Shown: in pieces, positions 27,250-40,300 of the stretch
How the letters are laid out: every line of letters starts with the position of its first letter
How positions within the stretch are numbered: position 1 is the stretch's first letter
Origin: Klebsormidium nitens
Taxonomy: Eukaryota > Plantae > Klebsormidiophyceae
NCBI GenBank assembly: GCA_000708835.1
Contig: DF236970.1
Coordinates: forward strand, 62,001 to 126,000
DNA length: 64,000 bases
Direction of reading: 5' to 3'
Notes under the pieces: generated by a model
Database searches by the model: none
What the model saw: only the letters and a program-made list of their open reading frames with translations
Told to the model about the DNA's origin: nothing
Program-made: the position numbers and the translations under genes

Positions 27250-29040
27250 TGCTGTGAGGATTGACACTAGACGCAGAAGGTCGTCTGCAATACCCGATGC
27301 GGTGTCAATGAAGAACGACTTCTGGTCCGAAGGGCTCCGACCGTTTTTAATACCACACCCACAGGCTGTAGGTACATAGCTTATATGCCACTGTATGTGA
27401 ACTGCTGTTGGCGGCAGATTCGCGCAGAGCCAGTTGAAGCTCTGGCGTTGCAATTTGCTCAAGTGCAGCCTGCACTTGCCACTAGGTACTGAACTTGAAG
27501 CAGCCTTCAGGCTCAGCAGCTTCAGCTGTTTGCATTCGGCGCCCATTCGGCGCTACGATCCCTCGAGCATTGTCCATCAAAACCGCAGTCCTTGCCAGTA
27601 CCTAATCCTACCTAGTTTACGGATTGGTCCTCCAATCCGTTGTTGGACTGCTGTTGCCTCGTTCCAAGAGGTCACATTCGAGAGGTCCTTGTCAATTGGT
27701 GCTGAGGGGTCGCAGAGTTATCTGGGGTAGACTCTTTCGTGCTCTATCCTCCTCGACATCTGTAGGAGCTCACATCAGATCTGATACCAAAGACTGAGTC
27801 AGCAAGTTGGCATATCTATCCAGCAATTTAATCCAGGTATCTACCAAATCAATTGGTGCATCAGCACGTGCTGTGAGCATTAATCTTGCGCGGCGGCTGG
27901 TTGGTTTACAGAGAGGATTGCAGTGGTGCTCAAGCTGGGCCAAGGGTTCTAAAGTACGTGCGCTTCATCCGGTACACTAGCAAGGTGTGGAAGTCTTTCC
28001 TGGTGATTCTAGAGAATTGAATTGCCCCTGCAGATCTAGTATCCCAAAGTCAGGCACCACGGCCTCCAGAGTTGGAAGTTTCATGTTGGATCAGCAAGCA
28101 TTGATTGGTGCACATTATGGTTGCTACCATGTTCAGCACTAGTTTGTGAATGTCCGACTCCCAGCGGGTCTATGCTACAAATGCCATCTTCATGGCTGCT
28201 GCTTGCCAGGACTCCTTTGAACAGTTTACGAGGGGGAAATCAATGATGTACTGTTGAAGCGGAATTTGACTTGTGTGGTAGCTGTTAGTGATTCTGCAAG
28301 CTGTTTGTTTGTTTGACGGAGCTGTTGTCGCTGATCTGATTGGAGCATCATAAAGGAAGATGTAATCTGCTTGACAAGCAATTGCAGCGATCTCGGGAAA
28401 TTCTGCACCTGCACATCATTACCGGTATGCTAGATCCACATTCAGGGCCTGTGAGACTCCGTTCAACATCTGGCGCACATTCAGATCTATCAGAGATTGT
28501 CTTGCTGAATTAGAGCACCCCTCATGTGCACATATCAAGGCGTAGAGCAACGGCGCCTGCAAAAGAACTCGCCAACCCTTTGATTCTGATCTGTGCGCTT
28601 GCGAACAATTTACTGACATGATCAGGCAGCTTTTGCAAGCGGTTCGGTTGGTATCGTGACGAATCGAGTTGAGAACAGCTGGCCCATTTCAAAGTCTCAT
28701 GGGACCACTAAAATTGTCTATCCAGAGAAAGCGTCCCTTGCTTTGATGGTTAGTGGCAGATTTGGCTGTTTGTGGGCAGTGTTGTCATCGTGGCAGGAGC
28801 GTCATCTCGCTTCTCCTTGATCGTACAGTGCCAGTTCGTGACTTCTCCGTATTCAACGGCACCACAATCTTGATGGCAGTCCATTCAGCCACATACATGT
28901 TCCTCAAAAGACTCCATTCCTTGTCTCTTTTGGCAAGAAGAGAACTTACAGTCTTTGGACATTTTGTCACATTCATAATCGTGCCATCAAGTTCACTTTT
29001 ACATCTCCAAATTCACTCTGCTTCACTCTGCGTCAATTAG
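27250..29040 (-). mobile_element. Decayed hAT-superfamily transposase relic (multiple stops and frameshifts)
   Basis: One minus-strand frame runs from ~28976 to ~27900 with scattered stops. It contains hAT-like motifs in the expected order: KGRFLWIDNFS; GVSQALNVDLAYR**CAGAEFPEIAAIACQADYIFLYD (compare D-x-A...FP-x-I-x-x-I-x-CxAH; FPE at 28400-28392); and TRWES at 28169-28155 (compare TRW). A shifted frame then gives TPELQLALR at 27448-27422 and KRSEPFGPEVV at ~27346-27313, resembling the hAT dimerization domain. Motif recall only; no termini found. Confidence 0.5.
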
Positions 29041-29390
29041 CTACTCTTCTAAACATGAACCCTTGCTAACAAATCTGCTGATTCAGAAGCTGCTTTAAAC
29101 GATTGGTCCATACTCACCTGATCAATTGGCGCCTGATGCCACCTCATTGAGCTTCTCTCTGACTGGAAAGCCCCCAGTTAACAGGAGAAGCTGTCAGATA
29201 TTACATTCTCAAATCGCTTCTCAAATTTTCAATCCGTCCCCTGTACCTAGTTAATCGCCTCTTGTGAAGTATCTGCAGTGATAACTCTTGCTATGTGATA
29301 AAGCCCCAGGCAAAGAAAGACTCGGCTACAGATGTTTCAAAGAAGGCCAACTCCCAGGCTGATGCGAGGATGGTGGTTTTGTTTTTGCAG

Positions 29391-32300
29391 ATGGCTCCTC
29401 AGGCCGAGAAGACCGAGTTTGTTGTTGACGACGATATCCGCAAGGCCGGCCTTCTCAGCCGGCGGAAGCCATCGGCTGCTGGTTCCACTGCAGAAGGCCC
29501 GGTGAAGATGTTCACGAAGGAGGAGGTGGCCAAGCATGACAGGCCCGAGGACTGCTGGATGATCATCAGGGGCAAGGTGTACGATGTCACGGCTTGGTGA
29601 GCAATGTTGTCAGCTTACAGCTTTGAGCTGGACCTGTAGGACGGCAGTTGGTGAATCTTTGGTCTCTGTGACCTTGGCGGGGGCCAAAGTGGATCTGGTT
29701 GTTGGGGCAAAGAAGTGTGCCGGCAGGGCTTGCATCGAAGGAGGTGATCAAAGGCCACTTTCAGATGGAATCCGTTCTCGAAGGATTGCCTGAGTGGTCG
29801 AAGTGCTCCCAGGGGAAGCGCTGACCTGGTTATCGCGGACAGAAGGTCACTGAGAAAGGAATTGCTGCATGCATCACCAAGCTTACGTTGACATGCCCGC
29901 TTTGTCAAGTACGATCTCATCGAGTAAGACACAGCACTTTGTCGTTTGAGGCTTGCACCTCACTTTTCAAGGTCACGGCCAGCCTTCTTTTAGCTTAGTC
30001 TTGCATACTCGAGGAACGGCCGACTGGATGACCCAGTCACCACAGTGGGCAAACAGTAAAGGTTGTCTTTTCAAAGCACTCATCTTTTGTGAACCGTATC
30101 CTCTTTGCACCTCCAAGGAGGTGCAAGAAGGATCGATGTATCTGCTGGAGCAACAAGCCAAACAAAGCGACTGTTCTGCATCCTCATACAAAATGACCCG
30201 GGAAACTCTAGAAAGACGCAAAAAGAAGCGAGGAGAGCACCAACTGAGCCAAAAGCCTCTCTACCTTCTGCAGGGTACCCAAGCACCCGGGGGGCAGCCT
30301 GATCTACGTTAAGGCTGGATATGAGAACACGCAGCTCTTTGAGTCATACCACCCGCTTTACGTCAGGTGAGAACTGCTGAGCTTTGACACCAAGTTAATT
30401 TGAGAGCCATGCTCTCTGCGCTGCCAACTCACAAAATGTGCTGTGGTGTAATGAAGAACGGGAATGAATGGGCTATCTTGCTCATTGTTCTGTCTACGGC
30501 TGTTTCTTGCTGCAATCATCTTCTCTACCCTGCCATCATTTCTATCTGTCAGCTCCTTCCAACAGCCATCATTTCTTCACCAATCGAGGCAAACGGAAAG
30601 GTTTGAGGATCCTGCGTCCGCTTAGGAATGAGGAGCAAAGTCTTTGCTAAGTGGCTGTGCAGAAAGATGCTGGACAAGTTCTACATTGGCGATCTTGAGC
30701 GGCCTGCCGGTGCAATTGCCGAGCCACAGTGGGGGTACGTCGAGTACGACGATGATGAGTCGGAGAGCAGTTTCTACAACACGATGAAGCGCAGGGTTGA
30801 GGCGCACTTCAAGAGCAAGAAGGTGAGACTAGACCTTGCCTCTTAGATAATCCAAAGACTGTTGGCTGGGCGGAGTGCATTGAGAAAGTATGCAATCTGT
30901 CCTGCCACGAGAGAAGGCCCAGGCGGGCAGGACCAGCCCTGTTTGCGCTGGCCAGCAGAGGTTTGACAATTCGATAGGTGGATGTAATTGATTGGCTGGA
31001 TCCCAAGCGGGCTTTACACGCTAGCCGTTCAGATGGTTTCCATAGTGTTGGTGTTGATGCAACAAGTTGGACTGTGAGTGGATAAGATGGATCCGAAGCG
31101 CCATATGGCGAAAAAGCTTGCGCAAGGGCTTTGGGAAGGATGCCTGTGAGCACAGCCGAAACGAGCTTATGTGCTCCAATTTTAACTGAAGGCAGAGTGG
31201 AAAGTAATGAAAGCGACTACAAGAATAGAAGAGCACGGTCAAGCTATCTCGAGATGTTTTCATGCAGAACGCCTTCTCAGAACACTTCGTGCTGAAGTTT
31301 CCCTTGGCGGTGCTATCCCCGTTGTGTGGTGTTCGGAAAGTTGTGGTTAATTACTTGCGATACAGTGCTCGAGGCACTACATGTTCGAAGTGCTCCCATA
31401 TCCTATCCCCTTATGCTGTTGGACATGAACAACCAAACAACAGAGAGTTGATGACTGATCCTTCTTTTGTTCAATTCTCCAGATCAACCCCCGCAACCAC
31501 CCGCTGATGGTGTTCAAGTCGTTCTTCATCCTCTTCTCGTATGCGGCGTCCTTCTACTTCACCTTCCTCTGGTGCAGCAACACGTGGCTGTGCGCGCTTG
31601 GCGCGGCGTCGATGGGGTTCTTCGCAGCACAATTCGGGATGTCGATCCAGCACGATGCGAACCATGGTGAGTCCCTTCACTGAGGTGTTCATTGCAAACG
31701 TTGGGGTAGGGAAAAGGGAGAGAATGGGGTGATCGAATCCCAAGATTTTCGGAGGGGCTGCCTAGATTGCCTTTTTTAACCTGTGTACTCGGTCGAGGTT
31801 CGCATCTGCTTCTGCTGATTACAAACAAGCATCGTAGGGTTGTGGCTGTTCATGTGCTGAAACGAGCCGGGTCCGCCTCATTGCTCGACAGCGTGGACTG
31901 AACCAAGTTCACCTCCAGAAGAACTACGATAAGCGGGGAGAAACTCGGTTGCTCATCGCGTGCCACATTTGTTTTTTTCTGAAGCCCCGCACCCAGTTTC
32001 ATTCCATGCTCATGCACTGTTCTCGTTTACTTTCAGGGGCCTACACGGATTGGCTCGGACTCGGGTACTTCATGAGCCTCACGCTCGATTGCATCGGATT
32101 GAGCAGGTACGTGCAGTCACTCTATGCGCGTATCGATCTTGCTTGTGAGCATTCAGGCTGAGGGGTGAAGTGTCAAGAATGTGGGTCAAGCCCTGGCTTC
32201 GTCTATTTTAGCAGGACGAACAACGTAGATTGTGGGATGGGCTTCCGTCCAACGTTTGCTAGACTTCCTCTGCGCCAATAGAAAGCAGAGCTTTCGTACC

Positions 32301-35300
32301 TCCGCGTACCTTGCACTCGACCTCTTTTAACGATGAACCTGTCCCCGACGAGTTGTGCCAGAGGAGTTTTGAGTCCCTGGCTGACGGCATGCTATATTTG
32401 ACCATCAAGATTTTTCGCTCTGCTTCGTCACGCTCCAGCTCTTTCTGGAGGTGCTAGGCGTGTAACAAGAAGACTTCCTGGCAGTCAAAAGCCATTTACT
32501 AAAAAGAACTTGTCCTTCGCCTTTTTAGCTTCATGTGGCGGCAGGAGCACGTGGTCGGGCACCACGCGTACACGAACGTCGACCAGCAGGACCCCGACTT
32601 GAGTGAGTGAATCGTTTCCGGGATGTCTGCGACAGTTGCCGTCAGCGCAGCACTCTTTGTACACACGTTCGAACTTCTGACTCTTCCGTGGATCATCTAC
32701 ACGCACGTTCGTAGCTCCTCAAGAAACTGCGATCTTTTGAGATCATCTACATTTGTCTCCACCTCGGTAGAGCCGCAGCGAGACCAGATGGTCATTTGTC
32801 CCAGTTAACGAGATGCCTTCTACGCGGTTCTCGCGGGACGAGGTGGACCTTTCGTACATGATGCACCCCTGTCTCAGGCCTGTCAAACTCAGGTTAACAT
32901 GTTACGGCGCCAGTACTTGTTGGGTGCAAATGTAAAGGGTTTCAACGATGTAGGAAACTCCCCACCTTTGTGGGATGTACCGCATGCTCGCGTCAAAAAC
33001 AACATGTTGACCCAAGGTTGAAGGGGCCCGAGTGTATCTGAGCTTCTACTGGAAAGGCGTAACCAATTGAGAAGGGTAAAAGCTTGTCGGACCCAGTAGT
33101 AATGTTCAATCAACGCACGTGTGCAGGCCCGGGCGTGTCAGGGAAGCAGGCTGACGTCCTCCGCATGACTGAGAACCAACCGAAGGCAGGCTTCCACGCT
33201 TACCAGGTAAGGGCTCCTGTTCTCGTTTGCTCCTTCTCTGTCCTCGAAAAAAGTTTGCTCGCACTCAGGGTCAAGAAAACCACAGATAAAAATAGTTATC
33301 TGTTTTAGGACACTCCATGCTCGGACCCCTCTCTCGAACGGTTCAAAACGAAACTTTCGCTCGTCTTTGCGAGCCTGCCAATCTACAGTACCTCTGTCAG
33401 GATTAGGAAGTAGTCTGCAAAACCTCCAAGTTTAGAAGACTTCTCCATGCAAGTCTGCTATTCCTGACCTTCTTTCTCATGAGTTTTACTCTCCCCTTCC
33501 GCAGCACATCTACATGGCGTTCCTCTACAGCATCGTCTTCCTGAAGAGCATCTTCCTCAACGACTTCCAAGCTCTAATCGACGGCCAGACTGGCGTGTGA
33601 GTCCCCAGCTCGCCTTTTCTTTTGTATGTCGTCCACTCCCTGCCTGAGGAGAAACATATTGAAAGTCTCGTTCCTACTTGTTCTTGGATAGAAGTGCAGG
33701 TTGGAAGTCGGTTTGTTTCTGCTGTCTGCGCACAATCAACCCTCAGAATGATTATTTCAGGAACGCTCATCACGAGTACACAAAGCTCGCCTTTCGAGCG
33801 TTGGAAGCGAAACATTGAGGCGTCCAGGTTTCTTTTCAGAAAGCAACGAAGTTGTTTGATGTCAGTCAGTTCAATCCCGCGTCAATTGGGTTCACCTCGA
33901 GCAGAAGATGAGCAGGATTTGACGATCACCTCGCTTTCTGCAGCGTACGCATCGCCCGCATGACTCCCATGGAGACGTTCTTCTTCTGGACCACCAAGGC
34001 GTTCTACGTGGGGTATATGTTCGTGTTGCCTGCGCTCTACAGCCCGCTTTCAGGCTGGAAGATCGCGCTCCTCTATGTCTTTTCTCAGGTGAAGCATACG
34101 CAACATCTGAGCCAACTTCATTTTGAAACTGGAGACGAATATCGAAATAGCAGATGCCATAATGGACATCTCAGTATCGCAAATTGTTGCTTCGTCTCTC
34201 TTTTCTTCAAACAAACGATTTTCCTCTGGCTAGGCCGGAAAAGCGCGTGCTTCTCTCCTGTGTTCCAGGTTTGGGCTGTCCTGTGTTGTTAAAAAGATGA
34301 GTAGCCGTCAAGAGCTTGGTCATGCAGCCTGCCTGTGATGCGAGTATGCTCATCGGAATCATGGTCTGAACCTTTCGCATACCGCGCTTCTTTTGCAGGT
34401 GTTCATTGCGTGGATTCTGATCAGCGTGTTCCAAGTCGCGCACGTGGTCGAAGAGGTGGAGTACCACAAGCCGACGGAAGCGGCCGGTAGCCTGGGGGGC
34501 AAGGTCGAGAAGGACTGGGCGAAAGCGCAGGTCGCGTCCACCGCCGACTTCGCCCCAGGGTCGCTCCTCTGGCTGCACCTCACGGGGGGGCTCAGCTGCC
34601 AGGTAAAGCTAGTCTGTTTCTTTTGCCACTGTTTATGTTCCTCCTGCTTATTGCCTTCACTTTCAACAGCAGTGGAAGGGCGAACGTGAATGCGCCTGAA
34701 GTCTTTCTTCTGACTGCACCTCGTGGGGGGGCTTGACTGCCAGGTATGCAGATGAGGCCGGGTCTTCAAAATCCAGTATTTCAAGGTTTGAAGATTTTGG
34801 TGATCTGCCATGAGGATTCGGTGGACTGCTGCAAGCTGGTGAAATGCTGCTTGTTTGGCAGTGTGGTGGTACAGCGCTTCTTGAGCGTTGGTCAAGCAAC
34901 TGGCTCTGCGCGTTTGGAGCTGACAATTAAGCACGGCTTAAATTTGGGTCAAGCAGCGTCCGGCCTGTTTTGGGCTCACTTGGAGAACAGTGGCCTTTCG
35001 CCAGTAGTCTCCCGATGGCCGTTCGATGCCGACCGGTGCCTTGTTCCCGTTTGTGCTCCAATTGGGCTTCAGGCCCGAGCAAAGTCGTCAACGCGTCAGT
35101 ATGTTGACTTGTTTTTTGCGTTGGAACTTGGTGATCTAGGAGTTTGAAGCCGCACATCAACCAATGCTGAGAGCTGAATAGGAGCAATATTTGGCCGCAG
35201 ATCGAACACCATCTCTTTCCCGGAGTGTGCCACGTGTACTACCCGGAGATTGCGCCAATCGTACAGCAGACGTGCAAGGAGTTCGACGTGCCATACAACT

Positions 35301-35950
35301 GCCACCCCTCGGTAAGCAAAAGCTGGCACAACTTGAGGTCAACCCCAGTCTGCGCTCAGTGGAGTTCGGCTATCCTGGTTGATTGAAATTTGCGAGAGCC
35401 GGATTAGGCACCCCGTGCTCGCCAATACCAAGTTTGTAAAAACGGATGTGCGAGCCGAAGAAAGAGCTGTCCCAAGGTATTATGCAAGTACGGTACATCT
35501 TACAGTGAATGCGCAACGGGCCGACACAAGCCAGGCTCGAACGCATGCAGATTTTGCGGGTACACTGTCAGGTATTTGCGTCGCCAGCTGCAAGAACGAA
35601 CAAAAAATCTCGGGGACTTATGTAATCTTGCTGCAGTCCGTCCGAGTCTTCCAAGTTCGGCCCCTTTTGTTACCGGGTATTTTTGTTTTTGCTGATATTT
35701 AGATCCGAGAAATTTGACGGGTGCTATCCCTGCTAACCCGCCAGTAAGGAAGAGCCAAGGTTGAGATGGTCGCTCATATAGCACGACAACAAGTATTTGC
35801 GCTGTCCCTGTTATTTTTCGTAGAGGCGCTAAAGCCAAGGTCACTGACGTCCTTCGTCGACGTTTGCAGCTGTGGGCGGGTCTGCAGTCGCACTTCCGCC
35901 ACATGCGGAAGATGGGAGTGCAGAACCTCGACATTCGCTTGGACGGCTAG
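29391..35950 (+). CDS. Cytochrome b5-fused front-end fatty-acid desaturase, Delta5-type, ~499 aa, 12 exons
   Basis: Exons: 29391-29596, 30274-30366, 30663-30822, 31483-31666, 32037-32106, 32529-32602, 33127-33206, 33505-33596, 33944-34088, 34399-34602, 35201-35311, 35870-35950; GT-AG, phases consistent. Has the b5 HPGG motif and His boxes HDANH, HVVGHH and QIEHH. The WRQEHVVGHHAYTN box is typical of Delta5 desaturases. Confidence 0.93.
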
Positions 35951-37352
35951 AGCGGCGATTGGGCCAAGATTGGCGCTGGCACGTCAAAGATCTAAAACGG
36001 TTGCAAAAAGTTGAAGTCAAAAGCAAGGTATCGTGGCTCGCAGCAGACGAGAAGCTCATTTGGGCTAGCTAGGGGTATTTCTGCTAGGGGTATTTCTTTT
36101 CGTTGGTGTTGTCGCATCGCTCGCAATCAGTATTGTTGAGTTGAAAAAGACTTCCGATATTCAACGCAGGAGCAGCCAAGTAGTTGCTAGTAAAAGTTGA
36201 CGAAGTAGCCTGTAGGCTTTAAATTTTCTTAAATAGCTATTTAAACAACGTGCTTTTTCTCTTGAGCATTAGAGGCGGACTTCTTCCGAAGAGACCTCGT
36301 TGTTGTTTCCCTGTCCGTTGAAACCCTTCGCTGTAGTCGTCAGACTAAAAACTGTCCTCGTCATATTAAAGCGCAGAGAGTCCGACTCGACAAGTAGAGA
36401 ATCGTGTCGATCAGCCTATCAGGGTTGAGGGACGACAATAAACGGGTGCAGACAATACTTGGAATCCAGACATTCATAGACCAGCCTTACAACGAAGCTA
36501 ACGATCGTACATAACCGTCTTAACCACCATTCTGTTTCCTGACTTACGAGTCACGTTTCAGAAGCCTCTTGTCAGCCCTTTACTGGTACGTTCAGTGGGC
36601 ATGTTCGACAACAAATATTGGTATCGCAAACTGTGACTGGCCCCGCGGCCGCTTGATCGACATGTGCACTTAATGCATCAAACGCTAGATGCTCTTAATG
36701 TCTTGATCGATTATACCGCCAGTGTACCATGGACATTCCTGACATCATATATCGCGAGATTGCTCAACAACCGTGCATGCATGCGGAACGTAATGATTGC
36801 AATCAAGTCGTACTGAGCATGCCAGGTAAAAATCTGGTTGATCGATAACATGCACGTGATTAGTCACTATCTTATACAGCCATATGTGCAGAGTCGGACT
36901 ACATTGAAACAATGTCATGCTTATACCGGTACGGTATATACGGTATACCGGGTCACAATTCGCACACGTTGGTTTTGCGCACGCGCAATTTGTCTGTGCC
37001 TCCAAGTCAGCTCAAGGTCATGCTCTAAATTGGACGTACGTTTGGAGGATGAGTGCATGAATGATTTGATCAAAGACAGGCTTTATGACCCAGACGGATT
37101 TTATGGCAGTATTGCGACTCATGCATTTCAACATGTCTCCCGTGATATGTTCTGATCCTCAACGAACGCGGAGGACTATTTCAAGGCCAAAAATGGACCA
37201 CGAAACCTTGATCTTGCGGTCCACATTCTCAATGTGTTTCTTCGCCCACCTTGCAAACTCACGTTTTGGGGGTGAACCTACTATTTGTACAGTCGGACCT
37301 TTCTAAAGATGACACCACTGTCCCAGCCCATAGGCGTCTTATTGACTAACCC

Positions 37353-40300
37353 CTAAGCGGTGGTGAACGCTCGCACAACCTCGAGGATGGGTGCACGGCA
37401 CAGAGGGCACTTCCCCGTGCTCTGCTGCAGCTGCCTCGCGCACGAGTGGCAGGCGCACATATGGCCGCACCTGCACAAAGGACATACAGTCTGCTTGTGA
37501 TCAAGCACAACAGAGTCCTATTCTACAGACGGTGGAAACTATGGAAATGCTTCGCACTCTGAGTGAGCTAACTCTTTGAATATCTCGCAGTTGTTCTCTT
37601 TTGAGTTCGTCATGAGAAGATTGTGGGGCCATTTGAGATTACTAGGACTCCCCTCGACCGAGATGTCCAGGCCTTCTTTCCCGTGCACTCTTCTATGCAG
37701 ATGTGTTGGGCCCCTGCAATCCTGATGCGGCGGCCATTGAAGAAGAGACAAGGTCGTGAAAACAGTTTTTGCATCCGGAATGATGACTATGTTTCAATGA
37801 GAAAAACCACCCAGTTCTCAATGAAAGGGGACTGGTCGTTGTTTGCAGCACGGACGCGGCAAACAAGATGGGATAAAGTGGACCCTCTCAGCTTGAAACC
37901 TTCCTACCAGCTCTCAGTTGTTACCAAGAAACCACCTTTTCCGTCCCAGGCCTTTACGCCGTTGGGCTCGGGACAAGCTCCCCTTTCGGTTGGGAACCGC
38001 TGATAAGGGGAGTCTGTCATCACGGGTTTGTATACGCTGCAGCTCCTACTCTGTGACTCGGTTTTCATCCCTCTTCTAGTTGGGCCATTGCTGATGAACA
38101 CAGTCGATACTCAAAGGTTCGCAAGACGTGTATATTCTTGTTTGGAAGTGACGTCCTCACCGATAAAGGAGGGCGTCAATGCCGCTCTCGCAGCAGACGC
38201 AGCACACGCCCCGTCTGACGGTAGCCCACGTGGCACCATCCAACGGCTCCTGGGGGATCCCCCGGCCAGCGTCGTGCACGCGCGAGAGGGCCCCTGCCAC
38301 CTCCTGACGGATGGACCGTTGCAGCTCCAGCTGTGCACAGACACGAAGACGTTAACCGAAGGGTTAGGGGGGCATTTGCAAAACCCGATCTGGTCGTCTG
38401 ATCAGCGCTATGCGGGGAGAAGGAAATAGTGAACCCCCGGCTGCAAGTACGTATGTATAAGTTGGGTTCCCAGATTACTTGAGCAGACAGGGTGAAACCG
38501 GCAAGGATAGCTGAAGAGGTGGAAATAGAGTGATTCTTGGGACAGATGAAGAAGGGTAATACTCTTGATGAGGGGCTAGGGGCTCAAAAGACAATTGGGC
38601 AATGGACCGCTGCAATCTAAATGTACAAAATCTTTCTGAACAAGCAAAAAAATAAAATTTAGTGAGCCAAAAGAAGCAGGAAGATGGGGCCACAGTGACT
38701 ACCGGGCCGGTTCACTCCAAGGGAAAAGGCAGAGTACAAATGCACTACTCCAACTTGGGTAGAAGAGAAAGAAGCGCTAAGCGAGTGCAGCCAGATTCAG
38801 CAAAGTCGCCGGTATGCGACCCGAAAAAGTCGCTTCCTGATGAAAGGGGCTCTCTTCTAAACCCCACTAACCTTTCCTGCCCTCAAAAAAGCACTACCCG
38901 AACACACACATACACAATTAGATTGGTAGAGCATACGAGCCATCGCACCGATGGGTCGGTCTTGGTACCTTGTTTCATAACCGTTGACTCCTTACACTCT
39001 CCGCACCAAACTCGCCCAATTTACAAACTACTGCATACCCGTTCGAAGGGACTCATTCCAATTGAACCTGCTCTTAAAGCAAAAGCAAGAAGCACCAATG
39101 TCTTGGTCAGACATTAACCCGGCACCCACCTGCATCTCGAAACAGTTTTCCATAAGCCCGCGCATCTGCTCCATCTCCTGGCGCAGCTCCCGAACGCTCT
39201 CCCGCAGATCGTGACTGCTGCCGCCGTTTCCCTGAAAAAGCACGAAAGCGCTATCAACCCATGAGCGCCAAAGAAACAGCGGTTGAGGGGTTTGAACGCC
39301 ATAGTCTGTCATGCTCTCGATCAAGATGGGTGCCACAGCGTCTCAAAAGCAGCGGTGATTTCTTAAGACGGCTTACAAGGAGGTTGAGAATCTCTCAAGT
39401 TCATTTCTGCCATCAGATTGCTCTCAGTCTGCTATTTCCGCACTGCAATTTGATATGAAAACGTTCGGAAACGTCATCATTTTTAAATACTTTGGCCCAC
39501 ATGAGCCCTTCAAAAAAACAATAAGCGGCAAACTTTGGAGGACGCGTCGACCTCCAAAACTCCGCGGCCTGGATTGCTGAACGCCTGAAGGTCTCCAATC
39601 GGGCTCGAGCAAGGAACTAACCTGCTGGGATAAAAAGCTCCCAACCATGGAAAGCAAGGCAAGTTAGATGATTGACAACGTATGATGCTATGTATCCTGA
39701 CGTTCCCCAACCCCCTCGAAAACACGTCAGTCTTTTGTTCTGCACTCCGTCGCGTATCCGAGACGAAGGATGTTCCAATTTGGGGCGATCCCTTTCGTGG
39801 GCCGTACAAAGAGAACTGCGAGGCCTTACGCAATCAAGGCGGATTGTGCAGGTGCTGATACCGGTCTTTCATGAGGCCGAAGAATTGACTCCGTTTGGTG
39901 CGTGGAAACAAATGCCGCTCAGAAATCACCCAAAAAGGCGTTGCACAACGAAGACTCTAGTGCAAACACGTGGCGGCCTTACTGCGTGCCACCTGGCGGG
40001 CGCCGCCGCTACCGCCATCTGAGCGGGCTGCCAAAGCGGGGCCTGCGGCAGGGGCGGGGGAGCGGGGGGGGCGGCTGCTGGGGGAGCCTGTGGATTTAAA
40101 TGGGCCGAGATCAGATAAGATGGAAAATTTGCAGGGTTTGATGAAGGCCTGTGTACAACCAGTTTTTGAAAAGAGAGAGAAGACTGAAGGGGAATATGAA
40201 AAGCATCAGAAGCTTGGATTGAAATGGTTGATATGATTCTAGTCAGCGCGGATTGAGACACAACGAGATTTGGCGGCGCGCTGTGTACGGAATGTGCCGA

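Noticed and set aside
36068-36097. Exact 15-bp tandem duplication (GCTAGGGGTATTTCT x2); similar short ones at ~24240-24275 and ~56198-56215
   Set aside because: Ordinary replication slippage with no further structure.
38595-38620. TTGCAGCGGTCCATT as a shadow copy of RING exon LELQRSI
   Set aside because: Only ~12 of 15 bases match, too short to separate from chance; not counted in the duplication set.
39540-39625. Possible extra RING exon ([26 protein letters not shown])
   Set aside because: It has an acceptor-like context but no convincing phase-0 donor, and the model is in phase without it.
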